DNA of 64,000 nt from Nitrospirota bacterium (GTDB taxonomy: Bacteria > Nitrospirota > Nitrospiria > Nitrospirales > NS-4): NCBI GenBank assembly GCA_963788195.1, contig CAWBGA010000008.1, positions 1 through 64,000 of the forward strand. The letters run 5' to 3'. Under the pieces are notes generated by a model. The model was not told where the DNA came from. It saw nothing but the letters and a program-made list of their open reading frames with translations, and searched no databases. This document shows positions 1 through 10,011 of the stretch, piece by piece (the first letter of the stretch is position 1; each line of letters opens with the position of its first letter). The position numbers and the translations under genes are program-made.

Positions 1-198
1 GGGGAAAAGAAATCTGTCCCACGGGCAAGACGCTGTCTTGGCAGCGCTGGGGTGGGTGGGTTAGGGCGGGTGCACGGGGGTCCACATGATGAAGATACAA
101 TCAGAGGGACAGAAAGTACCCCGACGGCCTTAAAAGAATCATCAGGCCTCCACGGGAGAAACGAGCTTGTCTTGGCGAGCTCGGGGGCGGGCTGGGTG
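1..198 (+). repeat. Composite intergenic repeat: GGGAAAAGAAATCTGTCC module plus two CACGGG-stem-TCTTGG-stem-G-rich hairpin units
   Basis: Units at 20-61 and 151-198; the same modules recur at 38608-38730 (+) and 62219-62446 (-). Confidence 0.85.
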
Positions 199-243
199 CA
201 ACGTCGAGCAAGCTCTGTTTGGCGGGTGGGTGAAATGGCTTCA

Positions 244-272
244 TTGACAGTCCTCTGTTCGGTTACTATGCT
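244..272 (+). promoter_or_regulatory. sigma70-type promoter, probably giving a leaderless transcript of the TPR gene
   Basis: TTGACA(244-249)-N17-TATGCT(267-272); ATG 5 nt downstream; no Shine-Dalgarno. Confidence 0.6.
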
Positions 273-277
273 ACCCC

Positions 278-1327
278 ATGCATAACGCCGCTGAACACAC
301 GATTCGGCTAATTCTTGACAGCCAGTGGAATCACCTGCTTGACGCCGGTCGAGAGTGGAATTTGGCCGACCCGAACGGGGTCATTCCTCAACTCATCATT
401 ACTACCGGCCTGCTGTTTCAGGGCAACTATCGTGAAGCGTATGTTCACCATGATCTCCTGTTTTCTGAAGCCGAAGACGGAACCGAGCAGCAGGATGATC
501 CGCGTCATGTCCTGAAAGCCTTTGCCGACACCCTTGTCCGCGAGAATCCCGGAAATGCAGGCGCTCACTTATTTCTGGGAATCACTCTGACCCAGATCGG
601 TGAGCTCGACTCCGCAATCCGGATGTACAAGGAAACCATTCGCCTTGCTCCCGAAGACCCGTTCGCGCATTACTTTCACGGCCAGGCGCAGCAGGCGAAG
701 GAGCGACTCGATCTCGCCATCGGCGAGTACCGAGAAGCTGTTCGGCTGTGCCCGCACAACCTCACGATGCGATTGAATCTCGGTTCCGCTTACCACCTGC
801 AGGGCAATTTAGAGTCGGCCATCTTCCAGTTTCGCGAAGCGATCAAACTTAATCCTGCTGAGGCCTTAGTTCATTACAATCTCGGCCTCGCTCTCGCCGA
901 GCAAGGACGGTTTGAGCCCGCCATTAGCGCTTATAAGGAAGCGGCCAGACTGAATCCCAGCGATGCGCTTGTCCGATACGCCATCGGAGGTCTATTGGAA
1001 CTGAAGGGGCGGCTTCCTCAGGCTATCGCTGAATTTCAGGCCGCGACGCAAATCGCTCCTAATTATAGCGAAGCTTACTCAAGCCTCGGTTGGCTCTATT
1101 TCAAACAAAACAAAATCGCGGAAGCCGCAGAGGCCTTCGAACATGCGGTTCGCTCTGATGGGGAGGACAGCCATGCTTTGCACGGCTTGGGGCTTGCAAA
1201 ACTCGCCCAAGGGAAGACACAAGATGCCGTAAGCTTCTTAAAACGCGCGTATCAACTTGAGGAGCGCCCCGACAAGAAAATCCAGATCCGCGGCGCCCTT
1301 GAGAGGATGGGGGCAATCGCCCACTGA
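278..1327 (+). CDS. Tetratricopeptide repeat protein
   Basis: Serial 34-aa TPR motifs (e.g. VHYNLGLALAEQGRFEPAISAYKEAARLNP). Confidence 0.9.
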   Translation: MHNAAEHTIRLILDSQWNHLLDAGREWNLADPNGVIPQLIITTGLLFQGNYREAYVHHDLLFSEAEDGTEQQDDPRHVLKAFADTLVRENPGNAGAHLFLGITLTQIGELDSAIRMYKETIRLAPEDPFAHYFHGQAQQAKERLDLAIGEYREAVRLCPHNLTMRLNLGSAYHLQGNLESAIFQFREAIKLNPAEALVHYNLGLALAEQGRFEPAISAYKEAARLNPSDALVRYAIGGLLELKGRLPQAIAEFQAATQIAPNYSEAYSSLGWLYFKQNKIAEAAEAFEHAVRSDGEDSHALHGLGLAKLAQGKTQDAVSFLKRAYQLEERPDKKIQIRGALERMGAIAH

Positions 1328-1342
1328 TTCTGATTGTCTTCC

Positions 1343-1615
1343 TTAAAGGTCCCGCACGATGCCTTGGAGGACGGTCGCCTGCGTCACCGGATCTCCGGTT
1401 TTTTTGAGCTCGGCGCGGATCTGCTCCTTGAGATAGTTCGAGTACCCAACTTTATCGATGAGTATCTCGAGAAACCGTTCCCCAGGCACCAATGTGTGGG
1501 CTTTGAGTTCTTTCACGATCGTTTCTGTGACGGGAACATAGGTACTACCGATGTGAAACACCACCGGATAGTGGTGCCCTTTCCCCTGCAAACGCTCGAA
1601 GCGGATCCCGTCCAC
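1343..1615 (-). CDS. Hypothetical protein (90 aa)
   Basis: GTG start with GAGG upstream, protein-like composition, convergent with the TPR gene. Confidence 0.65.
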   Translation of the reverse strand: MDGIRFERLQGKGHHYPVVFHIGSTYVPVTETIVKELKAHTLVPGERFLEILIDKVGYSNYLKEQIRAELKKTGDPVTQATVLQGIVRDL

Positions 1616-1845
1616 ATCGACCTCAAAAAACTGTCAGCCCTAAGCGGCGTATTCTAAGCAAACCCGCCGGGAGAGGCAATGGATCGGCTTGGTTTGACTT
1701 CAAACTCACTGCTGTTTATCATTACTCGATGAATTATGCGATACGGGCGCGTTCCCTCCTTTTCCATCCATGACAAAACCTGGCCTTCGATTGACCAACC
1801 ACTTTTAAAGAGTATCGCCTGCTCCTTCTCCACAGGGGATGGGGT

Positions 1846-2343
1846 TTGAAAAGCCCAAGGACGAAGCCCGAAAAGAAACTGCTCAGTGTCCCGGAGCTTA
1901 CGGCCGAGATCGTACGACGCCGTAGGCGCGGGGAGCGCATCGTCTTTACAAACGGGTGTTTCGACCTGCTTCACGTCGGTCATACCCGTTTTCTCAAGCA
2001 AGCCAGAGGGCTTGGGGACTGCCTCGTGGTGGGTCTCAATAGCGATGCCTCGGTGCAACAGATCAAACCGGGCCGTCCTATCAATACAGAAGCGCACCGA
2101 GCGGAAGTCCTCGCAGCCCTGGTGTGCGTAGATCATGTTGTGACTTTCGATGCACCCGATCCTCGAGAGCTCATCGCGGCTCTCCAGCCGGACGTACTGG
2201 TGAAAGGCGGCGATTGGCCTATCGAGCGTATTGTCGGCCGAGACATCGTGGAAGGGCGAGGCGGTCGCGTCACAACCATTCCGCTGGTGCCGGATATGTC
2301 CACAACCATCCTCGTGCGGCGAATTCAACAACTTTCTGGATGA
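1846..2343 (+). CDS. rfaE2: D-glycero-beta-D-manno-heptose 1-phosphate adenylyltransferase (RfaE domain II / HldC-like)
   Basis: [13 protein letters not shown] (HxGH) motif, [20 protein letters not shown]. Confidence 0.9.
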   Translation: MKSPRTKPEKKLLSVPELTAEIVRRRRRGERIVFTNGCFDLLHVGHTRFLKQARGLGDCLVVGLNSDASVQQIKPGRPINTEAHRAEVLAALVCVDHVVTFDAPDPRELIAALQPDVLVKGGDWPIERIVGRDIVEGRGGRVTTIPLVPDMSTTILVRRIQQLSG

Positions 2344-5300
2344 TCACCACTTCAAACTCTATACTGCCTGTACGCTGGACCGGCTTCGTTGAGCCGATTC
2401 TCAGAGCAATCGACGCTCAGCGAAGCCGCATCGCGCTTGTTGGATTGGCGGGATCCGCCAAGAGTTTGGTGCTTTCCACCCTGGCGTTGTCCTTCGGAAA
2501 ATATCGCTCATTCATCGTGCTCGCCGCTACGCAGGAGGCCGCCGAAGACCTTCACGCGGATCTGGTCTTTTTCCATAAGCTCCTGGGCGCCCCCGTGGAC
2601 CACATCCTGATCTTTCCTGAATGGGGACAGTTGCCTTATTCCCCCACCCGACCGCCGGTGGAGGTGGTCGGCATCCGAATGAGCGCTCTCGATCGTTTAA
2701 TTTCTCGGAAAGTATCGCATCTCCTTGTCACATCCGTGCCTGCCTTTCTTCAACGTCTTCTGCCTCAGCAGGCGCTTCAGGAGGCCAGCATTACTCTCAA
2801 AGCTGGAAATACAGTTGACCGTACTGAGTTCATCACGCGCTTGTTGCGCCTCGGCTATGCGAGAGTCTCTGCGGTGGAAGCGCCCGGGGAATTCGCAGTG
2901 CGGGGAGGAATCATCGATCTATTTTCATCGGCGCATGCGGGCCCTCACCGGATAGAATTTTTGGGCGATAGCCTCGAGACCCTGCGGCTCTTTGATCCCT
3001 CCACGCAAAAATCATCGGGCCGGGCTTCTGAACTACGCGTGCTCCCCGCTCGAGAGTTGCTGCGCGAAGAATTAGACGACGACCACCTTGGTCCCGGCGA
3101 GGAATGGCGGGCTCCACGCATCTATCGGACGATGGACACCCTTCTAGACTACTTTCCGGAACCGCCCATCCTTTTCGCGGATGAACCACTGGATCTTCGG
3201 CAACATTCCGAGACATTTCTAAACGAGGTGGCCTCAGCCTATGCCGCCCAACCAAGCTCGGCAAGCCCTCCTTCGCCTCCGGTTGATCTTTTCCTGCCGC
3301 TTGCCGACCTTATGGAGGCCGGGGGCGCGCATGCCGTTGTCACGATTGATGCTTTTCCACCTGCCGATGAGCTCACCTTGGAAGCTTCAGCAGTGTTCAG
3401 ATTTGAGAGCCAGCGGCCCCAAGCCATCGGCCTCGGAGTCAAGGGGAGGCCATTCACTGACACGCTTCCGCACTTGGAAGCTCTGCGTTCCCTCGGCCCC
3501 GTGGCAATCGTCGCGCGAAGTCGGGGACAGGTAGACCGCCTCTGCTCGCTGTTTCAGGAACATGATCTGCCGGCGGAGGCACTCAGAGGCAAATCCGTAA
3601 CCGCCCTCGGTGCGCACGCTCCCTATGCGCTGGTGGAGGGCGATGTCTCCGGGGGCCTGATCAAGCTGACCGGTCCCTCGGAAACGACGCTTCCGCCGCT
3701 CGCCGTCATTACCGAGAATGAGTTATTCGCAAAAGGCGCGCGTCATAAGAGTCCAGCGACGAGCAAGAGCGCGGCATTTCTCAAATCCGTCGATGAACTG
3801 AAGGTCGGCGACTATGTCGTGCACGTTCAACACGGTATCGGTCGATATATCGGCCTACAGCGGTTGCCCGTCCAGGGATTCACCAGCGACTACCTGATCG
3901 TCGAATATGCCGGGGGAGACAAAGTATATGTCCCGCTGGACCGCTTGAACCAGGTACAGCGCTACTTCGGCTCCGGAGAGCATACCCCAAAACTGGACCG
4001 TCTCGGAGGGAAGACCTGGGAGCGAACCAAGAGCCGTGTGCGCAAGGGTATCGAGGAGATGGCGAAAGATCTTATCGCCGTGCAGGCGGCTCGTGAGGTC
4101 GGCGTACGTCCGCCCTTTTCGGCGGAAAGCGTCCTCTCGCACGAGTTCGACGCGGCGTTTCAGTATGAAGAGACCGGAGATCAACTTCGCGCGATTGAAG
4201 ACGTCCGCCGGGACATGGAACTCGAAAAGCCGATGGACCGTCTTGTTTGCGGGGATGTCGGCTACGGGAAGACGGAGGTCGCCATGCGCGCGGTCTTCAA
4301 AGCCGTCCTCGACAACAAGCAGGCGGCGGTCGTCGTGCCCACGACGCTATTGGCTCAGCAACACTTCGAAACCTTTTCCGAACGGTTCTCGCCGTTCCCC
4401 GTCAAGGTCGGCGTACTCAGCCGCTTTCAGACCGTCAAAGAGCAGAAGTCCACCCTGAAAGGGCTTTTAGACGGGACCGTGGACATTGTGATTGGAACAC
4501 ATCGGCTGCTACAAAAAGACGTGCAGTTTCGAAATCTCGGCCTTCTTGTCATTGACGAGGAACAATGGTTCGGCGTGAAACACAAAGAACGCCTCAAACA
4601 GTTGCGCGCGCAGCTCGACGTTCTCACCCTGACTGCGACTCCCATCCCACGCACATTACAGATGGCGATGTCAGGACTCCGCGAGCTTTCGGTGATCGAA
4701 ACCCCCCCCGCCGATCGTCTGGCCATACGCACCCAGGTCGCACGATTCGGCAAGAGCCTGATCCGTGAGGCGATCCTCCGGGAGTTGGCTCGCCAGGGGC
4801 AAGTCTTCTTTGTTCACAATCGGGTACACACCATCGAAAATTGCGGGGCCTGGCTGCGAGACCTGGTCCCGGAGGCGAGAATCGTTGTCGCGCATGGACA
4901 GATGGACTCCCGCCTGGTGGAGGCGGTCATGCTGAAATTCCATGGCCACGAGGCGGATGTTCTACTTTCGACGGCCATTATCGAATCGGGTCTGGACATT
5001 CCCAATGCGAACACCATCTTTGTGGATCGCGCCGACACCTTCGGGCTGGCTCAGCTCTACCAACTTCGAGGCCGCGTAGGCCGCGGCAGCCATCAGGCGT
5101 ATGCCTACTTCCTGATTTCCGAGGAAGACACTCTTACGGGGGAGGCGCAAAAACGCCTGCAAGCGATTCAGGATTTCACGGCACTAGGATCTGGATTCCG
5201 CATCGCGGCCGCCGACATGGAAATTCGCGGGGGCGGGAATCTTCTCGGCAGCGAGCAATCCGGCCATATCGGCGCCGTCGGGTTTGAGCTGTACATGCAG

Positions 5301-5813
5301 ATGCTCGAGCAGGCCGTACGGGAACTCAAGGGGCAAGCTGTCATTGAGGAGACCGAACCGACACTGCAGTTACAAGTTTCCGCCTACATACCCGATGACT
5401 ATGTGGATGATGCCTCGCAGCGGCTCTCGCTCTACAAGCGGCTGTCTTCGAGTCGCCAGAGCGGCGATTTGGCGCAACTGCATGGTGAGCTTCTCGACCG
5501 ATACGGGCCGGTGCCGGAGCCCGTCGAAAGGCTCTTGGAGGTCATGGAGATTAGGCTGCTCGCGAAGGCGGCCAGAGCCGTGGGCGTCCAGGTTAGTCGC
5601 GGCTTCATTGCATTTAGTTTTGATCCGCAGCTTTTACCGCTTCAGGAGCGCGTTCACAATCTCATAGACTGCTACCGCGGCAAGCTGCGCTTCACTTCGC
5701 CGCATGCGTTTCAGTTGCCGGTCGAGGACCAGCAGTGGAAGACTGTCTTCCAAGAGATCAAGGGAATCTTGCAAGTCCTGGCGTCTTATGATAAAAATCG
5801 CAAACTCACGTAA
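2340..5813 (+). CDS. mfd: Transcription-repair coupling factor
   Basis: UvrB-homology region, CarD/RID ([12 protein letters not shown]), [25 protein letters not shown]-terminus; start set at ATG 2340, which overlaps the upstream stop (ATGA). Confidence 0.97.
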   Translation: MITTSNSILPVRWTGFVEPILRAIDAQRSRIALVGLAGSAKSLVLSTLALSFGKYRSFIVLAATQEAAEDLHADLVFFHKLLGAPVDHILIFPEWGQLPYSPTRPPVEVVGIRMSALDRLISRKVSHLLVTSVPAFLQRLLPQQALQEASITLKAGNTVDRTEFITRLLRLGYARVSAVEAPGEFAVRGGIIDLFSSAHAGPHRIEFLGDSLETLRLFDPSTQKSSGRASELRVLPARELLREELDDDHLGPGEEWRAPRIYRTMDTLLDYFPEPPILFADEPLDLRQHSETFLNEVASAYAAQPSSASPPSPPVDLFLPLADLMEAGGAHAVVTIDAFPPADELTLEASAVFRFESQRPQAIGLGVKGRPFTDTLPHLEALRSLGPVAIVARSRGQVDRLCSLFQEHDLPAEALRGKSVTALGAHAPYALVEGDVSGGLIKLTGPSETTLPPLAVITENELFAKGARHKSPATSKSAAFLKSVDELKVGDYVVHVQHGIGRYIGLQRLPVQGFTSDYLIVEYAGGDKVYVPLDRLNQVQRYFGSGEHTPKLDRLGGKTWERTKSRVRKGIEEMAKDLIAVQAAREVGVRPPFSAESVLSHEFDAAFQYEETGDQLRAIEDVRRDMELEKPMDRLVCGDVGYGKTEVAMRAVFKAVLDNKQAAVVVPTTLLAQQHFETFSERFSPFPVKVGVLSRFQTVKEQKSTLKGLLDGTVDIVIGTHRLLQKDVQFRNLGLLVIDEEQWFGVKHKERLKQLRAQLDVLTLTATPIPRTLQMAMSGLRELSVIETPPADRLAIRTQVARFGKSLIREAILRELARQGQVFFVHNRVHTIENCGAWLRDLVPEARIVVAHGQMDSRLVEAVMLKFHGHEADVLLSTAIIESGLDIPNANTIFVDRADTFGLAQLYQLRGRVGRGSHQAYAYFLISEEDTLTGEAQKRLQAIQDFTALGSGFRIAAADMEIRGGGNLLGSEQSGHIGAVGFELYMQMLEQAVRELKGQAVIEETEPTLQLQVSAYIPDDYVDDASQRLSLYKRLSSSRQSGDLAQLHGELLDRYGPVPEPVERLLEVMEIRLLAKAARAVGVQVSRGFIAFSFDPQLLPLQERVHNLIDCYRGKLRFTSPHAFQLPVEDQQWKTVFQEIKGILQVLASYDKNRKLT

Positions 5814-6705
5814 CTTGTCTGCAGTGGGACCTTTTCGCAAAAGCCTCAGCGCTCTTTTTCTCATCTTCATCCTGGCCGCCTGCGGTGAAAAGCCTGACGG
5901 CGCCGGACAGCCCCTTGCAATGATAAACGGCAAGGCCATCACCATCAGTGAGTTCGATCTTCGATGGTCTCAAATGCCAGAGTACGCGAGGAAGAAATAT
6001 CCGGGGGCAGAGGGGCGGAAGAAATTCCTTGACGAGCTGATCGACCGCGAAGTTCTGCTTCAAGAAGCTAGGAAGCGAGGGATTGACCGCGACCGGGCTC
6101 TCATGGAGCGTCTGGAGCGCTTCAAAGAACGGAGCATTTTAGATGTGTTGGTGCGTGAGGAGGTGGACTCCCGTGTGGCGGTCTCACCCGAAGATCTCAA
6201 GGCCTATTATGACGCGCACCCCGATAACTTTGCGGCCGCGGAGCAATTTCGCGCCAGCCATATCTTGGTGAAAACCAATGCGGAAGCCGAGGAACTCAAG
6301 AAACGGCTCGCCAAAGGAGAAGATTTCGCGGCGGTGGCGCGAACGATGTCGGTCGATACCCTCACCAAGAACAAAGGGGGAGATTTGGGAATTCTGAAAA
6401 AAGGCCAAGCCGCCCCCGAGTTTGAAAGGGTGCTGGTCGCACTGAAGCCGGGGGAAATCAGCGAGCCCGTCGCCACCCAATTCGGATATCATCTCATTAA
6501 GCTGGTTGATCGCACGTTAGGGCCGGCCCTGTCTTATGAAGCTGCGAAAGACCAAGTCAAAGAGCAAGTTATGATTGAGAAAAAACAACAGCGCTTTAAG
6601 GAATTGGTCGCCTCTCTTCGCGCCCAAGCCAAAGTTCGGGTCTCAGACACTCCTATTCCGGACACCAATTCTCGTGCTCCCAGCCCCGCAGCCGATGCTC
6701 GATAA
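5788..6705 (+). CDS. PpiC/parvulin-type peptidyl-prolyl isomerase lipoprotein (PrsA-like foldase)
   Basis: Lipobox LAAC; RASHILV, KGGDLG, ISEPVATQFGYHLIK. Confidence 0.9.
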   Translation: MIKIANSRNLSAVGPFRKSLSALFLIFILAACGEKPDGAGQPLAMINGKAITISEFDLRWSQMPEYARKKYPGAEGRKKFLDELIDREVLLQEARKRGIDRDRALMERLERFKERSILDVLVREEVDSRVAVSPEDLKAYYDAHPDNFAAAEQFRASHILVKTNAEAEELKKRLAKGEDFAAVARTMSVDTLTKNKGGDLGILKKGQAAPEFERVLVALKPGEISEPVATQFGYHLIKLVDRTLGPALSYEAAKDQVKEQVMIEKKQQRFKELVASLRAQAKVRVSDTPIPDTNSRAPSPAADAR

Positions 6706-7627
6706 GGTCACAAGGACCCTTCTCGGGATTCTGCTTCTATGCATGGTGATTTCCTCCAGTGCTCAAAGCGCTGTCCGCGACCGCATTGTCGCCGTCGTCA
6801 ATACTGAGGTGATCACTCAAACGGAGCTCGAAGAAGAAGTCAACGAGCTCAAAAGCCAAGTGCGACAACGGTTCAATGGAACGGAGCTGCAACAGCGTCT
6901 GCGGCAGATCGACTACATGGGTATCAATCGAATGATCGAGCGAAAGCTCCAAATTCAAATCGCAAAGCGTCGTGGGATCAAGGTGTCCGATGATGACGTC
7001 AAGGATGCAATCGCCCGACTTCGACGACTCGGCGAATCGCCCAATGAAAACGATCCCAAGGAAATGGCCTCGATTAAAGATCAACTGACTGCTATGCGCA
7101 TCATCAACCAACAAGTCCGGTCCAGCCTCATGGTCTCCGAGGAAGAAATGCGCCGGTTTTATGAGCAGCACCGGGAACGATTCCTGCTGCCCTCCGAGGT
7201 GCGCATCAGTCAAATCTTCATCGCTCTAGGACCGGGTACGGAGATGGTGCAGGTGCGCGAGAAGGCGCAGCGCGTCTATGCCCTCCAGAGAAAAGGGGAA
7301 AAGTTCGAGGAACTGGCTAGTCAGTACTCCGAAGGCCCGGAGGGGCGCAGAGGCGGCAACCTTGGGTTTATGCGTCTCACAGATATACTGCCACAGATTC
7401 AAAAGGCCATCCAGGGGTTAACTCCAGGCCAGACCTCAGAGCCGATCGCGTCCCCGCTAGGAATGCATATTATTCGCGTCGATGAGCAAAAAGCAGTGCA
7501 GTATCGACCATTTGAAGAGGTGCGTGAGGACATTCGAAATGCTGTTTTCCAAATAAAATCCGAGGATGCCTACCAGGTCTGGATCAAAGACCTCAAAGAC
7601 CAAAACTATATCGAAGTTCGGCTTTGA
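6695..7627 (+). CDS. surA: SurA-like periplasmic chaperone / PPIase
   Basis: Signal peptide; DRIVAVVNTEVIT SurA N-terminus; parvulin GGNLGF...GMHII; mfd-PPIase-surA gene order. Confidence 0.8.
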   Translation: MLDKVTRTLLGILLLCMVISSSAQSAVRDRIVAVVNTEVITQTELEEEVNELKSQVRQRFNGTELQQRLRQIDYMGINRMIERKLQIQIAKRRGIKVSDDDVKDAIARLRRLGESPNENDPKEMASIKDQLTAMRIINQQVRSSLMVSEEEMRRFYEQHRERFLLPSEVRISQIFIALGPGTEMVQVREKAQRVYALQRKGEKFEELASQYSEGPEGRRGGNLGFMRLTDILPQIQKAIQGLTPGQTSEPIASPLGMHIIRVDEQKAVQYRPFEEVREDIRNAVFQIKSEDAYQVWIKDLKDQNYIEVRL

Positions 7628-7737
7628 GGCTCCGGCGCAGCACCATATTTCGCGACGTATTTATTGATTCTGATATAGAAAAAGTGTATGGTTTTCCCTG
7701 CACCTATCGAACCGTATCTTTTTGGAATCTCCGCTGA

Positions 7738-9213
7738 ATGCGCCTTCCAATTTTCTGGCGCCTTATTTTAAGTTCAGCTGCCATTGTCGCTCTGATGGCC
7801 GCCGTGAATATCTACGCGCTGAGCCAAGTCCGAGAATTGTCGGACTTGAGCACCCAATTGGTTTCCGATCATTATCCGGCGATCGAGAATGCCCAACTGT
7901 TGATTACCACCCTCTATAGTCAGTTTCGAAGCCAGAAACAGTACCTCGCCGTTCGAGACGCCGTCTTCCTAAAAAACTTCGAGGACGAAGCTGAACAGTT
8001 TCATCAGATCTTCGCCAAGCTCCAGTCGCACGAAAATTCACCGGACGGGCGAAAGATTCTTCGAGCGGTGCGGAAACGCTATGAGGAGTACCAGCTCCTG
8101 TTCCGGGGCATCCTGAACCGGCGAGTTTGGCCTGCGTTGGAATCGGGCCAGGAGCACCGGCGCGAAAGCCTCATTGAGGATATGACAGCCCGCTTACAAA
8201 AGTACATTAATCTCCATGAGGTTAAGATCAGCGCCGTTATGAAAGAGGCCCGCGGGCGTTCAGCGTATACCGAGAGGGTCACGAGCGAGCTTGGTCTGTT
8301 GACGCTTTTCTTGGCCTTGGGGTTGGCGGGCGTTACCACCTACAGCATTCTCCGTCCTCTTCGGCGCCTCCAGGAGCAGTTTCAGCAGATCGGTCTCGGT
8401 AACTTTGCCGGGGACGTCGACATCTCGGGGCCCCGCGACTTACGAGGTCTCGTAGAAACGGCCAACTGGATGCGCACAAAACTCCAGGAACTCGACGACA
8501 TGAAAAGCGATTTTCTTGCGCACATTTCCCATGAGCTTCGCACTCCGCTGGCCTCAATGCGCGAGGGAACGCATCTGCTTCTCGATGAAATTCCAGGGTC
8601 CTTGAGCACCGATCAGCGACAGATCCTCAAGATCATGAACGACAGCAGCCAGCGCCTGATGCGCTTGATCTCTACTCTACTGGACCTCTCCAAAATGGAG
8701 GCCGGCATGATGGATTATAAAATCGTGCCGACCGAGCTGAAAGGGATAGCGCACGCCTCGTTACATAAAGTCCACCTGTTGGCTGAGAGCAAACACGTTC
8801 AGATCCTCTTGGATTTTCCTCCTGGGCAGCTTTGGGTTCCGATGGATGGTGCGAGCGTGGAACAGGTATTCGACAATCTCCTGTCGAATGCCGTGAAGTT
8901 TGCTCCGATAGGAGGGGCCATCAAGGTGCGGCTCGCCCCGGATTCGAAGAAAAATGTGGTGGCTGTTTCCGTCTCGGATAGTGGGCCCGGTATCCCGGCA
9001 GAAGATCTCCCCCATGTTTTCGATCGGTTTTATCAAGGCAAGCAACCCGGAAAATCCCAAAAAGGAACCTTTCCTTTAGGAGGCAGCGGCCTAGGCTTGG
9101 CTTTGGCTAAGATGGTCGTCGAAGCCCACGGGGGTCGAATTACGATGGAAAGCGAACCCGGTAAAGGGGCGACTGTCCATTTTGAGCTTCCGCTCGGTAC
9201 CCGGTCTGACTGA
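7738..9213 (+). CDS. Sensor histidine kinase, GlrK/QseE-like (TM-periplasmic-TM-HAMP-HisKA-HATPase)
   Basis: SHELRTPLASMREG H-box, NLLSNAVKF, DSGPGI, GSGLGLA. Confidence 0.9.
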   Translation: MRLPIFWRLILSSAAIVALMAAVNIYALSQVRELSDLSTQLVSDHYPAIENAQLLITTLYSQFRSQKQYLAVRDAVFLKNFEDEAEQFHQIFAKLQSHENSPDGRKILRAVRKRYEEYQLLFRGILNRRVWPALESGQEHRRESLIEDMTARLQKYINLHEVKISAVMKEARGRSAYTERVTSELGLLTLFLALGLAGVTTYSILRPLRRLQEQFQQIGLGNFAGDVDISGPRDLRGLVETANWMRTKLQELDDMKSDFLAHISHELRTPLASMREGTHLLLDEIPGSLSTDQRQILKIMNDSSQRLMRLISTLLDLSKMEAGMMDYKIVPTELKGIAHASLHKVHLLAESKHVQILLDFPPGQLWVPMDGASVEQVFDNLLSNAVKFAPIGGAIKVRLAPDSKKNVVAVSVSDSGPGIPAEDLPHVFDRFYQGKQPGKSQKGTFPLGGSGLGLALAKMVVEAHGGRITMESEPGKGATVHFELPLGTRSD

Positions 9214-9222
9214 ATAGTTCCA

Positions 9223-10008
9223 ATGCGTACTGGCCATATCCTCACCGTTTCGCTGTTGTTCCTGGTATCAGGAAGCGCCGCATGTTCGCTATTTCAGCGG
9301 ACACAGCTGCCCCCGAGCAGGCCGTTCTTTACCCTTGATCCCCAAGGCGCCGAACGGGTGAAGACCCTGAGACGCGAAGCGGATCAACTCCTGACGACGT
9401 GTTCCATGGTGCGTTCCTGCGATCGAGCCCATTATCTTCGGGGATTGCTTGCCCTCTATGAAGACCGCGCGGACGCCGCCGCTGAATTTCAAGCCGCAGT
9501 GCTGATGGCTCCCACCAGTGAACGCGCGGAGTCAAGTCGCTTTTGGCTGCATCTTCTTGATAAGGCGAAAGCGAATGATCCTGGTGCAGACGGTGCTTTC
9601 TCCCATGCAACTGCCCGATTCCTAGAGGATTTGCTCGCCAAGGAGTTGGTGTCACAGCAATTGACCAACCAGGGCCAACAGTCAGAGAAAGAAGCGCAGC
9701 AGTTGCAGAAAGAACTGCAGCAGTTGCAGAAAGAAGCGCAGCAGTTGCGAAAGGAACGGGACGCTTCCCTGGTCCAGTCACTCCAGCGGGAGCTGAAGAC
9801 GCGAGATAAGAAAATCGAGGATCTCACCGCGCAACTGGAGGCGTTGAAAGAGATCGAGCGGGAGATGCGGCGAAAATCGACGCCGGCCCCAGCCCTGGAC
9901 AAGCCCCCGCTCCTGGACAAGCCCCCGCTCCTGGACAAGCCCCCGCTCCTGGACAAGCCCCCGCTCCTGGACAAAACCCCACCACCGGCAAAGGAGGGAA
10001 CTCCTTAA
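9223..10008 (+). CDS. Alpha-helical lipoprotein, QseG/YfhG-like position
   Basis: Lipobox SAAC; coiled-coil C-terminus ending KKIEDLTAQLEALKEIER; lies between kinase and regulator. Confidence 0.7.
   Translation: MRTGHILTVSLLFLVSGSAACSLFQRTQLPPSRPFFTLDPQGAERVKTLRREADQLLTTCSMVRSCDRAHYLRGLLALYEDRADAAAEFQAAVLMAPTSERAESSRFWLHLLDKAKANDPGADGAFSHATARFLEDLLAKELVSQQLTNQGQQSEKEAQQLQKELQQLQKEAQQLRKERDASLVQSLQRELKTRDKKIEDLTAQLEALKEIEREMRRKSTPAPALDKPPLLDKPPLLDKPPLLDKPPLLDKTPPPAKEGTP
9688..9750 (+). repeat. 21-bp coding tandem repeat x3 (heptad KEAQQLQ)
   Basis: AAAGAAGCGCAGCAGTTGCAG variants in tandem. Confidence 0.85.
9895..9974 (+). repeat. 18-bp perfect coding tandem repeat x4 plus partial (LDKPPL)
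   Basis: CTGGACAAGCCCCCGCTC repeated four times, then CTGGACAA. Confidence 0.95.
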
Positions 10009-10011
10009 GGC

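Noticed and set aside
2124..2339. N-terminal extension of Mfd in the ORF track
   Set aside because: Overlaps the heptose adenylyltransferase gene; the ATGA junction at 2340 is the more plausible start
9895..9974. Regular short repeats as a possible CRISPR array
   Set aside because: Head-to-tail 18-bp units with no spacers, in frame inside a CDS
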